From: a virus | Lineage: Duplodnaviria > Caudoviricetes | DNA length: 64,000 bases | Virus record (IMG/VR): IMGVR_UViG_3300032249_000574 | Location: 74 to 64,073 of that record | Reading direction: 5' to 3' (one strand) | Shown: in pieces, positions 28,463-38,002 of the stretch | How the letters are laid out: every line of letters begins with the position of its first letter | Numbering within the stretch: the stretch's first letter is position 1 | The notes under the pieces: model-generated | The model's input: only the letters and a program-made list of their open reading frames with translations | Databases searched by the model: none | Told to the model about the DNA's origin: nothing | Translations under genes and position numbers: made by a program

Positions 28463-30982
28463 ATGGCTATAGCTGATTCCACGTTACTCCTTGAGGGACA
28501 ACGTGATTTCTCAGGCGGGATGGATTCGAGCAGAGCTCCCAACCTGATTTCAGACAACGCTGTTTCGCGAGCAGTTAACGTTACATTCAGAGGTGGGACT
28601 CCCATTACTCGTCCCGGATTCCGCCAGTTGGTTTTGGCTAACGCGAGTGTCGAAGCAAATGGTGGTTTAGATTCTTTCGTTAACGGCCTCTTCCAAGGCG
28701 GGTATTATTACCAAGATCGTAGAGCCGACAAAAATCCATGTGTGTTTTCGGTGATGAGTGGGTTTGTTATTAAAATTGATTTAGGAACCTACGAAGTTCA
28801 AAGAGTATACCCAGTAGTAGAAGCCACCAATATTATTGCTGGAGAGTCTTATATAATTAAGACTGTCGGAACTACCACTTGGACTTCTTACGGTGCGTCT
28901 AGCAATAACATTGGTGAACAGTTTGTTTCCAATAGTTCTTCCGGGGCTGGCACCGGAACGGCTTACTCTATTAACCCAATGGACATATACGCTGACTGCT
29001 ATTTCGTGCAGGCCGAGAATTATCTTATCATCCAAGACGGAAGTAGCGCTCCTCGTATTTGGGACGGGGACAATCTTTGGATAAGCGGTTTTGGCCCCGC
29101 TGGTTCTACTGGCAAGATTTCCCAAGTGCCGATCGGAACTGTGATGGCTTATGGGCAAGGGCGATTGTTTGTCGCCAATACGGAGCGGACTTCTGGGACG
29201 GCTGGCGATTTGGCGTACGGCGGCAGCACCGATCAAGTGACCATAGTTTCTGGTGCTGGGGCTTCTGGAACGGCGACCTATGAAATAACTACGTCTGGGA
29301 ACCATGGGTACTCTACTGGAGATTACGTGACTATTTCTGGTCATTCGTCCAGTAACGGGAGTAACGGAACTTGGCAAATAACAAAGACCAGTAATACACA
29401 ATTCACGATAGACATAGCTAATCCAAGTTCAGCCACAGCAGGAACCGGTGGGTTTGCAGCAAAAGCGAATGCTGGAGCCGCTTCTGATCTACTTCGTTTT
29501 ACAGAAACCACCTATTTAAACGAGGGCGGTGCTTTGCAAGTTCCTGGTTTCCTCGGGAAAATCACGGGGATGATCTTTATGCCTGTCCAAGATGCCGGTG
29601 CTGGGCAGGGAGATCTTCTCATATTTTGCGAGACTGGGGTTATCTCCCTCTCTGTAGCTGTTCCAAGAACAGAGTGGAAAAACACATCTGGGTTCCAGCG
29701 TATCGCGCTAGCCTCGATTGGTTCAACTGGGCAAGAGTCATTGACCACGGCTAATGGCGACGTGTTTTTCCGTTCGTTTGACGGACTCCGTACCTATCGT
29801 AATGCTAGAGCCGAGTTCAATTCTTTCGGTCGAGTTCCGATGTCCGCAGAGATGAACGCGGTACTAAATTATGATACGAAGAACATGCTTAAAAATTGTA
29901 GTTGTATCGTGTTCGATAATCGTTTTCTTTTAACCGCCACCCCTAAAATTGACTTTAGAGGTGTTCCATCAACCACTCTGAGAAAAAGACCTATTACCTT
30001 CTCTTCAATTGTAGCACTTGATTTCACAACTTTAGCCTCGGTCGGGGCCCAGAGAGCTTCTTGCTATGATGGATTTTGGAGGGGTTTGGATGTCACCAAA
30101 CTAATTTCTGGTGTTGTCGACGGTAAACCTAGAGCTTTTGCTTTCTGTGTCGATTATGAAGTTAACGCAACCAATACAGTCTGGGAGCTTACTTCGGACA
30201 TCTACGCCGACGAACCAGTCAATGCGACGCCTATCCCAATTACGTCCATCTTGGAGACACGAAGTTTCCAGCTTGGCTCTCCATCCGAAGTAAAGAAACT
30301 TATCCGAGCCGATCTATGGTTGGGGTCTTTACGGGGTAACACAGATTTCAAAGTATATTGGAGACCAGATGAGTATGCTTGTTGGCGGGAGTGGCATGAA
30401 TTCTCCCGATGTGCCACAGTAGAAAATTGCGTGGAGACTGGTGTAGGGACTGAGTTCAATCTTGCTTCTCAATCGGTGACAATTGGATTTTCTACGTCCA
30501 CCATAAAGTGGTATAGGCTGTCTGTTCCAGCGGCAGGCGGTTCTATTTATACCGAACCCCTACAGTTCGTAGAGTCAAACCCCGTCGCCGACGTTTTGCT
30601 CATGTCCAACGCCCTTACCGCAGCGGGGATTAATTTTACTAACGTAACCAGAACAGGAGCCTTCCCAAACTATATCTATACTATCACGGGGGTTGGGACT
30701 GACTTTACAGTTATTCCAGTCAAGACTCCCGGACCTAACGGGACAGCCAGTTGCGAAGATATGTTTGCCCCAAAGAACTTCCAACCCCAGTACCGCCCAC
30801 AGATTCGCATGCCGACGCCCCCAGCAGATTCTGATCCGATTGTCGGACGGCCTTATTATTTCGGTAACGATTTCCAATTCCGTATCGAATGGGTTGGCCA
30901 CGCCCAGCTCACCCGCTTCCTTGTTCTTGGTCAGCGCCAACTTGAACAGTATCAGGGAACCGATTATGTGGAGGTTGTCTAA
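28463..30982 (+). CDS. Tail nozzle / tail tubular protein B-like
   Basis: 839 aa, FSGG.DS...P start, AVNV..RGG...TRPG, beta-propeller-like composition, GRLFVA, NRFL, ILETRSF. Confidence 0.7.
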   Translation: MAIADSTLLLEGQRDFSGGMDSSRAPNLISDNAVSRAVNVTFRGGTPITRPGFRQLVLANASVEANGGLDSFVNGLFQGGYYYQDRRADKNPCVFSVMSGFVIKIDLGTYEVQRVYPVVEATNIIAGESYIIKTVGTTTWTSYGASSNNIGEQFVSNSSSGAGTGTAYSINPMDIYADCYFVQAENYLIIQDGSSAPRIWDGDNLWISGFGPAGSTGKISQVPIGTVMAYGQGRLFVANTERTSGTAGDLAYGGSTDQVTIVSGAGASGTATYEITTSGNHGYSTGDYVTISGHSSSNGSNGTWQITKTSNTQFTIDIANPSSATAGTGGFAAKANAGAASDLLRFTETTYLNEGGALQVPGFLGKITGMIFMPVQDAGAGQGDLLIFCETGVISLSVAVPRTEWKNTSGFQRIALASIGSTGQESLTTANGDVFFRSFDGLRTYRNARAEFNSFGRVPMSAEMNAVLNYDTKNMLKNCSCIVFDNRFLLTATPKIDFRGVPSTTLRKRPITFSSIVALDFTTLASVGAQRASCYDGFWRGLDVTKLISGVVDGKPRAFAFCVDYEVNATNTVWELTSDIYADEPVNATPIPITSILETRSFQLGSPSEVKKLIRADLWLGSLRGNTDFKVYWRPDEYACWREWHEFSRCATVENCVETGVGTEFNLASQSVTIGFSTSTIKWYRLSVPAAGGSIYTEPLQFVESNPVADVLLMSNALTAAGINFTNVTRTGAFPNYIYTITGVGTDFTVIPVKTPGPNGTASCEDMFAPKNFQPQYRPQIRMPTPPADSDPIVGRPYYFGNDFQFRIEWVGHAQLTRFLVLGQRQLEQYQGTDYVEVV

Positions 30983-31680
30983 TGCCTGAAGATACATGCG
31001 AAGAATTGAATTGTTGCCCTCCGGGATTTACTGTCCCCCCGCTAGGTGGTGTTCTATCTATCGCTGGTGAGGATAGCGTAAACAACGACCCCAACATCGC
31101 GGACGGTGAGCTCGTGTTGGCCGAGGAAGCCGAATGGGTGAATTGCAATATTGGTAGCGCTGGGAGTGCCACTTTAAGCGCATCTTCTACTGCTCCCGTA
31201 CCGCCCCTGACAGTAACTGATTTCCAAAACGTAAAGGTAGGGTATTTCGCGTACGCCGTAGCTATTGTAAAAACATTTACTGCTACTTCAGGTTCTCCCA
31301 CAATCACCATTACCAATGGTGGCGTTACTGATGGAATCTCGGTCGGAGATATTATTGAACTCGTTACCGACTATTTCACTTACGGAACTACTGTTCTAAG
31401 TATCTCAGCCCCAAACGTAACCCTTTCGACCAACGCCTTAGGTTCCACTCCCGCTGGTGTCACCGATACGCTTATGTCTTTTAGACCAACAACCGGACAG
31501 GTTAAAATTGGGGGTTCTCCATTGATACCCGCTAGCACTACCGTTAGTAGTTTGACCTTAAGCTCGGCAGTCCTATCCAACGCAACGATAGCCCCTTCGG
31601 CTCTGACCCGTGTTGTGGTAGCCTTTTTCCCAGCAGAACTCGATCCGAACGTGACGGACGAGGACGAGCTATTCACTTGA
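30982..31680 (+). CDS. Tail-associated structural protein
   Basis: T/S/V-rich beta protein coupled to nozzle gene. Confidence 0.55.
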   Translation: MPEDTCEELNCCPPGFTVPPLGGVLSIAGEDSVNNDPNIADGELVLAEEAEWVNCNIGSAGSATLSASSTAPVPPLTVTDFQNVKVGYFAYAVAIVKTFTATSGSPTITITNGGVTDGISVGDIIELVTDYFTYGTTVLSISAPNVTLSTNALGSTPAGVTDTLMSFRPTTGQVKIGGSPLIPASTTVSSLTLSSAVLSNATIAPSALTRVVVAFFPAELDPNVTDEDELFT

Positions 31681-31712
31681 CTTGGAAATACTTTTACAGG
31701 AGATAGATTTCA

Positions 31713-32018
31713 ATGGCTGGCGTAAAGATCTCAAACCTAACGGAGCTTACGACTACCCCTCCAGACACGGCCATCCTCCCCATTGTCGCAGGCGGTATCA
31801 CCCAGAAGGTCACCATCGCCAACATCAAGACCCTCATCCCTCCGGGATCGGGTGCAAAGGGTGGGGCGGGCAATCTAGCTTTTTGGGAGAACCCCACAAA
31901 TATTACGGTGGATTATTCAATTTCAGCCGGGGCTAACGCTGGGTCTTTCGGCCCCATCACCATCAATAATTTGGTTACGGTTACCGTCCCAACTGGCTCA
32001 ACCTGGAGTATAGTCTAA
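31713..32018 (+). CDS. Short tail-fibre component
   Basis: KISNL N-terminal motif; EN...ITVDYSI..G.NAGSFGPITI....TVTVP.GSTWSIV motif common in phage fibres. Confidence 0.65.
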   Translation: MAGVKISNLTELTTTPPDTAILPIVAGGITQKVTIANIKTLIPPGSGAKGGAGNLAFWENPTNITVDYSISAGANAGSFGPITINNLVTVTVPTGSTWSIV

Positions 32019-32590
32019 TGGCTCTTTCTCTTAGCGGAACGACTGGGATCGTTACTGGCAACATTGGCAATAGCCAAGTAACTTCCGGTAAATTAGCCAG
32101 CGGTGCGGCTCGGGCAAACTTTGGTGCTGGTGCTGTTTTGCAAGTAGTGCAAGGTGTTCAATCGACAGTTCAAAATAGTTTAACCAGTACTTCTTTTGAC
32201 GATATACCTGGATTATCTGCTTCTATTACTCCGGCTAGCACGAGCAATAAAATCTTAGTGACCGCACATATGCATGGTTGTAGCACGTCTAATGTTGGTG
32301 TTAGGTTGATGCGTGATTCTACGCCGATAGGTGTCAATACAAGCGGTTCTCCGTCGAATAGAAAAGTTTGCACAGCCGCAGAATTTTACGCGAATAATTT
32401 GAATACTGGAGAAACAGTTACAATTAATTTTCTGGACAGCCCATCTTCAGTATCCGCTATTACCTATAAAATCCAATACATAGCGCCCAACGGGGGTGTC
32501 TTCTGTTTGAACTCGGGTTATTTTGACGCCGATAACACATTTACCCTTAGGACAATTTCTACTATCACTCTCATGGAGATCGCAGGATGA
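32018..32590 (+). CDS. Tail fibre/receptor-binding subunit
   Basis: GAVLQVVQ, GLSASITP.S.SNKILV, LDSPSS.SAITYKIQ, STITLMEIAG. Confidence 0.7.
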   Translation: MALSLSGTTGIVTGNIGNSQVTSGKLASGAARANFGAGAVLQVVQGVQSTVQNSLTSTSFDDIPGLSASITPASTSNKILVTAHMHGCSTSNVGVRLMRDSTPIGVNTSGSPSNRKVCTAAEFYANNLNTGETVTINFLDSPSSVSAITYKIQYIAPNGGVFCLNSGYFDADNTFTLRTISTITLMEIAG

Positions 32591-33528
32591 GCATAGCAAT
32601 TTCAGGATCCTCCATCACGTTCCCAGACCAGACCCAGATGTCGACGGCTGTGGGTGGTTCGTTTAGAAATCGCATTATCAATGGGGATATGCGGATAAGA
32701 CAAAGAGGTGATAGCGGAACACTTACTGGATCTGTTTCATACTTAACAATAGATAGATGGGCGGCAAGATATACAGGTGCATCAGGTGGCGTGTTTAATG
32801 GTGGAATAACAAGCGCACCAGCAGGATTTCAATACTCTCTTCAAATAGGAAGAGGATCTGGTACAACTGCAACAGGCGTAATTGAATTGCTTTACGCAAT
32901 GGAAACAACTGATTCAATCCCACTTCAAGGGAAAACAGTAACAATTTCATTTTATGCGAAGTCTGGATCAAACTTTTCATCATCTGGGAATGGATTGAAC
33001 CTTGCAATGTTTTGTGCAAAGGGAACAGATCAATCCGCATCATCAATGGGGGCTTGGACAAGTTTGACAACCCCAATTTCACAGACGCAGGCCATAACTA
33101 CATCATGGGTAAAATACTCATTCAGTGGTACAGTTCCATCGGATTGTACTCAAATTGGTTTATATTTTTATTATACAACAACTGGAACTGCTGGCGCAGA
33201 CGACAAATTCTATATTACAGGAGTACAATTAGAGGAAGGCTCAGCCGCAACCGGGTTTGAGCACAGGCCGATTGGGACGGAGTTGGCGTTGTGTCAGAGG
33301 TATTATGAGGTAATAATTAGCCAATTATGTCACAATACGGCTTGGGCAACTTCATATAATCAAGGTTTCTGGAAAGTAACAAAAAGATCCGCACCAATTA
33401 TTTCGCTTGCAAATAATAGCGGAGGGAGCGGAGCAGCTTTTGCGGCTCTATCGATAAATAGCGTATATCAATCAGCAGCAAATTCAGGAGTTGGAACAAT
33501 AGATGTTCGTGGGGATGCTGAACTATGA
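32587..33528 (+). CDS. Tail fibre/receptor-binding subunit with carbohydrate-binding-like domain
   Basis: FRNRIINGDMRI.QRG, DRW, ITGVQLEEGS.AT.FEHRP...ELALCQRYY. Confidence 0.75.
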   Translation: MSIAISGSSITFPDQTQMSTAVGGSFRNRIINGDMRIRQRGDSGTLTGSVSYLTIDRWAARYTGASGGVFNGGITSAPAGFQYSLQIGRGSGTTATGVIELLYAMETTDSIPLQGKTVTISFYAKSGSNFSSSGNGLNLAMFCAKGTDQSASSMGAWTSLTTPISQTQAITTSWVKYSFSGTVPSDCTQIGLYFYYTTTGTAGADDKFYITGVQLEEGSAATGFEHRPIGTELALCQRYYEVIISQLCHNTAWATSYNQGFWKVTKRSAPIISLANNSGGSGAAFAALSINSVYQSAANSGVGTIDVRGDAEL

Positions 33529-34043
33529 GCATGGGATTTAGAGCAGAATCTACGAACACCAGCGGGGTGATCACCGTCGCAGGTGTGGACCAAGTCGTCA
33601 TCAACAATGCCGGCGATGTGGCAGCCACCACCTTCACGGGTGCTCTGGTTGGGAATGCTGCTACGGCTACCAAACTGTCTACCGCAACGGGTACTGCTCC
33701 GTCTTTCGGTGCTAGAGCTTGGGTGAGTTTTTCAGGAACCCTAGATAGTACGGGAGCCGTCAGCTCAGCTAACACAAATAGATTTATCAATGGGAGCGGA
33801 AATGTTACAAATGTTTTGAGACAAGCGACTGGGCAATATTATATTTTTTTCGCTACACCAATGCCTGATGCTGGTTATGCCTTTTCTATTTCCGCCCATC
33901 ATTTAACTGGATCGACACCATCTATTGGGTGTTCAGCCTTTAGCTACCAAGCTGATTCAATAGGTATTTTTACTTATCTTTCGTACGCTAATAACGCACA
34001 AGTGGATTTACCAGCCGCTATTTCTGTAGTAATTTATAGATAG
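33525..34043 (+). CDS. Tail fibre subunit
   Basis: GALVGNA.TATKL, ARAWV.F.G, SGNV.....TG.Y...F.TPMPD..Y. Confidence 0.7.
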   Translation: MSMGFRAESTNTSGVITVAGVDQVVINNAGDVAATTFTGALVGNAATATKLSTATGTAPSFGARAWVSFSGTLDSTGAVSSANTNRFINGSGNVTNVLRQATGQYYIFFATPMPDAGYAFSISAHHLTGSTPSIGCSAFSYQADSIGIFTYLSYANNAQVDLPAAISVVIYR

Positions 34044-34052
34044 GATACACAA

Positions 34053-34877
34053 ATGGCCCTAATCCCAGGAACCCTTCCCAACGACACCTGCTACGGTACA
34101 CCGCAGGATCTCCTAGAACTGTTTGCACAGTACTTGGACGTCCCCGCTTTTGCCCTGAGTAGCAAGGTTGTGTTCTCCACCACCAACACAGGATTCACAT
34201 CGGACATCGTATGGTTCGACACAACATCGGCGACTCGTCCGATTATGAAGATCACGGTGAGTTCCAGCGGATTTCTAGACTATGTTAAGAACTATATTAC
34301 CGCTGCTCCTGTCGTGACCATAGTGGGCGCGGATAGCGTTCTCATATTGGATGCAAGTGATTCGAGCAACACCAAGCGTGGGTTGGTTTCTGATATTGTT
34401 TCTCTTGTACCATCGGTTGCGAACAGAGCTTTCTTTTTTGCGAAGAGCTCGGATCAAACGGTAACAACTAATACTACAACAAAATGTACTTTTGATACTA
34501 CTGTGTTTAACCAAAGCTCAATCATTACTTTATCCTCAAGCACATTTACTCCCACAGTCTCTGGGTATTACCAAATAACTGCTCAAATCCATGCTTTAGA
34601 TGGAGGTTCTGGGGCTGGGTCGGCGATTGCTATCTATAAGAACGGTTCTGCTACAAATGGTATACATGGAATCACTCAAGTCACCGGTCCTGCTACTGGG
34701 GCTACGGCCATGACTTCTGTTACCGGTATTATGAACTTTAACGGGACTACAGATACATTTGAAATTTATGGTAGGACGTATTCAGTTACTTGGAAGGTTG
34801 GTTCCGCACTTGCTAATCAGGCCATACCAAGTTTAACATACGCGACCTATGTACAAGGATTTTATCTAGGAGCTTAA
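34053..34877 (+). CDS. Tail fibre with C1q-like C-terminal domain
   Basis: FD......FTPTVSGYYQI, AIYKNGS, FNGTTD..EIYG. Confidence 0.65.
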   Translation: MALIPGTLPNDTCYGTPQDLLELFAQYLDVPAFALSSKVVFSTTNTGFTSDIVWFDTTSATRPIMKITVSSSGFLDYVKNYITAAPVVTIVGADSVLILDASDSSNTKRGLVSDIVSLVPSVANRAFFFAKSSDQTVTTNTTTKCTFDTTVFNQSSIITLSSSTFTPTVSGYYQITAQIHALDGGSGAGSAIAIYKNGSATNGIHGITQVTGPATGATAMTSVTGIMNFNGTTDTFEIYGRTYSVTWKVGSALANQAIPSLTYATYVQGFYLGA

Positions 34878-34878
34878 T

Positions 34879-35238
34879 ATGGTTATTATCCCAGCCCTTA
34901 TCTCTTACATCTATCCCGAAATCATTTTTGGTTCTGACTATAATATTATTGACCAAGCAGATGGTAACGGACCTCAACTTGTTGATTGGTCTTACTCTCA
35001 ACCCCAGCCAACCGAAGCCGAACTAGAAGCAGCTTGGCCGAATGTGGAGGATGATTATATCTGGGCATCCACACGGAACACTAGGGACTGGAAGCTTCAG
35101 CAGTCGGATTGGACACAATTGTCTGATGTCTCTATCCCAAACAAAGCGGATTGGGTAACCTATCGCCAAGAGCTTCGTGACGTAACCAAGGATTTCCCAA
35201 CACCACAAGACGTAATCTGGCCAGTACCACCAGCGTAA
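34879..35238 (+). CDS. Tail fibre assembly chaperone (XkdW/gp38-like)
   Basis: R.TRD.KL..SDWTQL.D, W.TYRQ.LRD.T, WP..P. Confidence 0.85.
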   Translation: MVIIPALISYIYPEIIFGSDYNIIDQADGNGPQLVDWSYSQPQPTEAELEAAWPNVEDDYIWASTRNTRDWKLQQSDWTQLSDVSIPNKADWVTYRQELRDVTKDFPTPQDVIWPVPPA

Positions 35239-35241
35239 GCC

Positions 35242-36588
35242 ATGGCTATTACCCTAGCAGAAGCCAAGGCTACGCTTTCTGTATACGTCGACAACGGCGT
35301 GTACCAAGATGACTCGCGTGTCACCGCCCGCATTAACGAGGCGCAGAGACGTCTCTATGCGGTGCGTTCTTGGTTGGGTGTTCTCGCCAAATATGTTGTG
35401 CAGGTGAACGCAGGACTGTTCGTCCTTCCTGACTATACGGGTAGCATCAGCCAAGCCACGGGGTTCGGTGGTTTCGGCATCAATACAATTTTACGGGTCA
35501 CTAGCTCTGCAATCCCAATTTCTCCAGTCGGTGCCCAGAGCATGTTCCTAACAAATAGTGAGCAGGCTTTCTTGGCCGATGGACAATCCATCGTGAAGGT
35601 CAGCCGTGATCCGAGTTCCTCGAATTATCGTACTTACCGAGTTTCTGGGAATGCCTCGCTTGTCGAAATCACCGGAAAGCTTCAGTTCCAACCAGCTGCC
35701 GCCGACACCGATCTTCTCATCATCCAAGACCTAGATGCCCTCCGTCTTATGCTTCTCGCTCTTTGGCGGGAACAGAATGGACAGCTCGATCTAGCCCAGA
35801 CATTCGAGGCTAAAGCTGTTGAACGCTTGTCTGTAGTGTTAGACAAGACACTCGAGGGTGCTCGCCGATTAAACTATCAGTCCATCATCACAAGCTCTTC
35901 ACCCGGAACCATGGGTTACATGAGGGCTCGTATGGCTCTCGATCTCAAGGACGGTCTCCACACGGACGACGCAGTCCTCTTCTACGCAATCGACAGAGCC
36001 GAAGAGCATCTGATGACCAAGGGCAAGTGGTTCGGGACGATCGACCAGTATACAGTAAGCGTACCTACCAACGGGGATATCTATCTACCCAACGAGGTAG
36101 ATTCGGTTTTGTTCGTGGCCTACGATAACCAGAGAATGGATTTGTTCGCTCGGGAGTATGACTTCCACGAGAACGGACCGGGGTACAGGACGGTAAACAA
36201 TGATTCAGTCTACACCGTAGTTGATCGTGGTGAGGGTTATGTTCTGAACAATTCTACCGGTTTGTACGAATCCAAACGACGTTATTTTGTGAACCGACCA
36301 GACTGCGGGTGCGCGGTTCCAAACACCGATATCGTTATTCTAGCCAAGAAGCGGTTTGTTCCGAAGACCAACGACTCCTCTGAGATGGCGATCAAGAACT
36401 ACCCTGCTATGGTAGAGATGGTCACCGCCTTGATGCAGATTGAAAAACCAGATTTCTTTACCTTCCACGAAAACAAGGCTATCGAACTCCTCCGTGCTGA
36501 GCTTCTCGAGAAGAGGGGTGGGGCCAGACTCAACATGCAAGTTCAGGGTTTGGGCTTCGCCATGGGCGATATACCCCATATCCTGTAA
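35242..36588 (+). CDS. Head-tail adaptor / tail tubular protein A-like, internally duplicated
   Basis: TL.EAK....RINEAQRRL N-terminal adaptor helix pattern occurs twice. Confidence 0.65.
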   Translation: MAITLAEAKATLSVYVDNGVYQDDSRVTARINEAQRRLYAVRSWLGVLAKYVVQVNAGLFVLPDYTGSISQATGFGGFGINTILRVTSSAIPISPVGAQSMFLTNSEQAFLADGQSIVKVSRDPSSSNYRTYRVSGNASLVEITGKLQFQPAAADTDLLIIQDLDALRLMLLALWREQNGQLDLAQTFEAKAVERLSVVLDKTLEGARRLNYQSIITSSSPGTMGYMRARMALDLKDGLHTDDAVLFYAIDRAEEHLMTKGKWFGTIDQYTVSVPTNGDIYLPNEVDSVLFVAYDNQRMDLFAREYDFHENGPGYRTVNNDSVYTVVDRGEGYVLNNSTGLYESKRRYFVNRPDCGCAVPNTDIVILAKKRFVPKTNDSSEMAIKNYPAMVEMVTALMQIEKPDFFTFHENKAIELLRAELLEKRGGARLNMQVQGLGFAMGDIPHIL

Positions 36589-36617
36589 CGCAAGCAATTA
36601 TTGACGAACGGCTTAAA

Positions 36618-37010
36618 ATGAAAGATATCAATGGTCAAGTGACAACCTACGTCGAAAAGAAAATTCCCTTCTATCGGCATTGGAACCGGAAGGATTTGAA
36701 GGGCATGATCCAATTCTTTGCTGACCTCGGGCAACTCATTGTTCACCAAGATGCTAAGGGAAAAGTGGATGGTGTCTTGGCCTTGCAGTTTGTGGATAAG
36801 CCTTCAGAGATTAGCGAGTGGAAGAATGACTTTAGTTCCCAAGGAGTGGCGATTGTCGTTTTGGCTTCCGATGACAAAACGATAAGGGGAGAACTTGTTC
36901 GGAATGCAATGGCTGTCTCCGGTGTTCGGTCGTGGATCTGTTTTGAGAGGGGTAAATACGATGACCGTATGCGAGTTTTGCCTTGGGCTTTAGCGGAGAG
37001 GATGGCCTAA
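36618..37010 (+). CDS. Small protein preceding ejection genes (GNAT-like/internal virion A position)
   Basis: Position between tail tube and ejection proteins; alternating alpha/beta pattern. Confidence 0.45.
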   Translation: MKDINGQVTTYVEKKIPFYRHWNRKDLKGMIQFFADLGQLIVHQDAKGKVDGVLALQFVDKPSEISEWKNDFSSQGVAIVVLASDDKTIRGELVRNAMAVSGVRSWICFERGKYDDRMRVLPWALAERMA

Positions 37011-37011
37011 T

Positions 37012-38001
37012 ATGGGGGGTAGACGCTCAGCACCAGCACCCCCACAATTGCAGGCACCAAGAGAAGTACCTCTCTCGGAGACGTTCACAAAATTCTTGGG
37101 GCAAGAAGCACAATTCCCAGCTCTCTCATCGTTTGCCTCTAACGTAAATAGGCAGTTCCGGCAGGAACTTGAGACGGGTTTGCCCGGAACGCTAGGGGCA
37201 ACGACCCAGATCAGTACGCTCGTCAATCAGTTGCTTCAAGGGGCTGTGCCCGCCGATGTTCAAGCCCAAGTGCAAAGACAAGGGGCTGAACAGGCTATGG
37301 CAGTCGGCTTGCCCGCAACTAGTGAAATAGCTCGTAATCTTCAAGCTCGTGATTTCGGTTTGACTACGATGGAGCTGATGCAACAGGGGGCAGCTTATAC
37401 TCCAGGACTTGTAGAGTTATCTAACTTTTTATCCCCCCAGCAGACACAAAACTATTTGTTCTCGACTGGCCAGTTGCGTGGTGAAGATTTAAAAGCGGCC
37501 CAAGATCAAGCTAATGTGGCTAACCAAAACGCGATTAATAGATACAACTACGATGTGGCGAAAGCTAGAAGTAGCGGTGGTCTATTCGGGACAATCGGTG
37601 GTGCTCTCGGTGGAATTGCTGGGTTTGCTTTGGGTGGGCCTGCTGGTGCTGGCATAGGCTCGGCCTTGGGCGGGAGCATAGGGAGTTTTGCAAGTGGTGG
37701 TGGTTTTGCCCCTACCTCAGGAGCCGGAGCTTTCGGTGGTTTAATCGGCAACGCGGGGTCTGCCATAATGGGCCAAGGTTTTAGTGGTCTACTAGGGGGC
37801 GGTGGTCTTTCTGGAGGGGGACAATCACTTAGCCCTACGGCTTTTAGTTCTTTAGGCCAAGCTTACACGATGCCAACAGCTTCATTTTTCACGCCTTCAA
37901 CCCCTTCCGTGTTGAACCCACTTAATAATTTCCTTGTCCCGCAATCCAGAGGATCTTACGGAGGTATAGCCCCAATAACTGTAGGAGGTGTCCAATTCTA
38001 A
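37012..38001 (+). CDS. Internal virion/DNA ejection protein (membrane-penetrating)
   Basis: MGG start, Q/A-rich helices, long Gly-rich hydrophobic segment. Confidence 0.7.
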   Translation: MGGRRSAPAPPQLQAPREVPLSETFTKFLGQEAQFPALSSFASNVNRQFRQELETGLPGTLGATTQISTLVNQLLQGAVPADVQAQVQRQGAEQAMAVGLPATSEIARNLQARDFGLTTMELMQQGAAYTPGLVELSNFLSPQQTQNYLFSTGQLRGEDLKAAQDQANVANQNAINRYNYDVAKARSSGGLFGTIGGALGGIAGFALGGPAGAGIGSALGGSIGSFASGGGFAPTSGAGAFGGLIGNAGSAIMGQGFSGLLGGGGLSGGGQSLSPTAFSSLGQAYTMPTASFFTPSTPSVLNPLNNFLVPQSRGSYGGIAPITVGGVQF

Positions 38002-38002
38002 T

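Noticed and set aside
24635-35238. Diversity-generating retroelement acting on LRR or fibre genes
   Set aside because: No reverse transcriptase ORF and no template/variable repeat pair with adenine-specific differences seen
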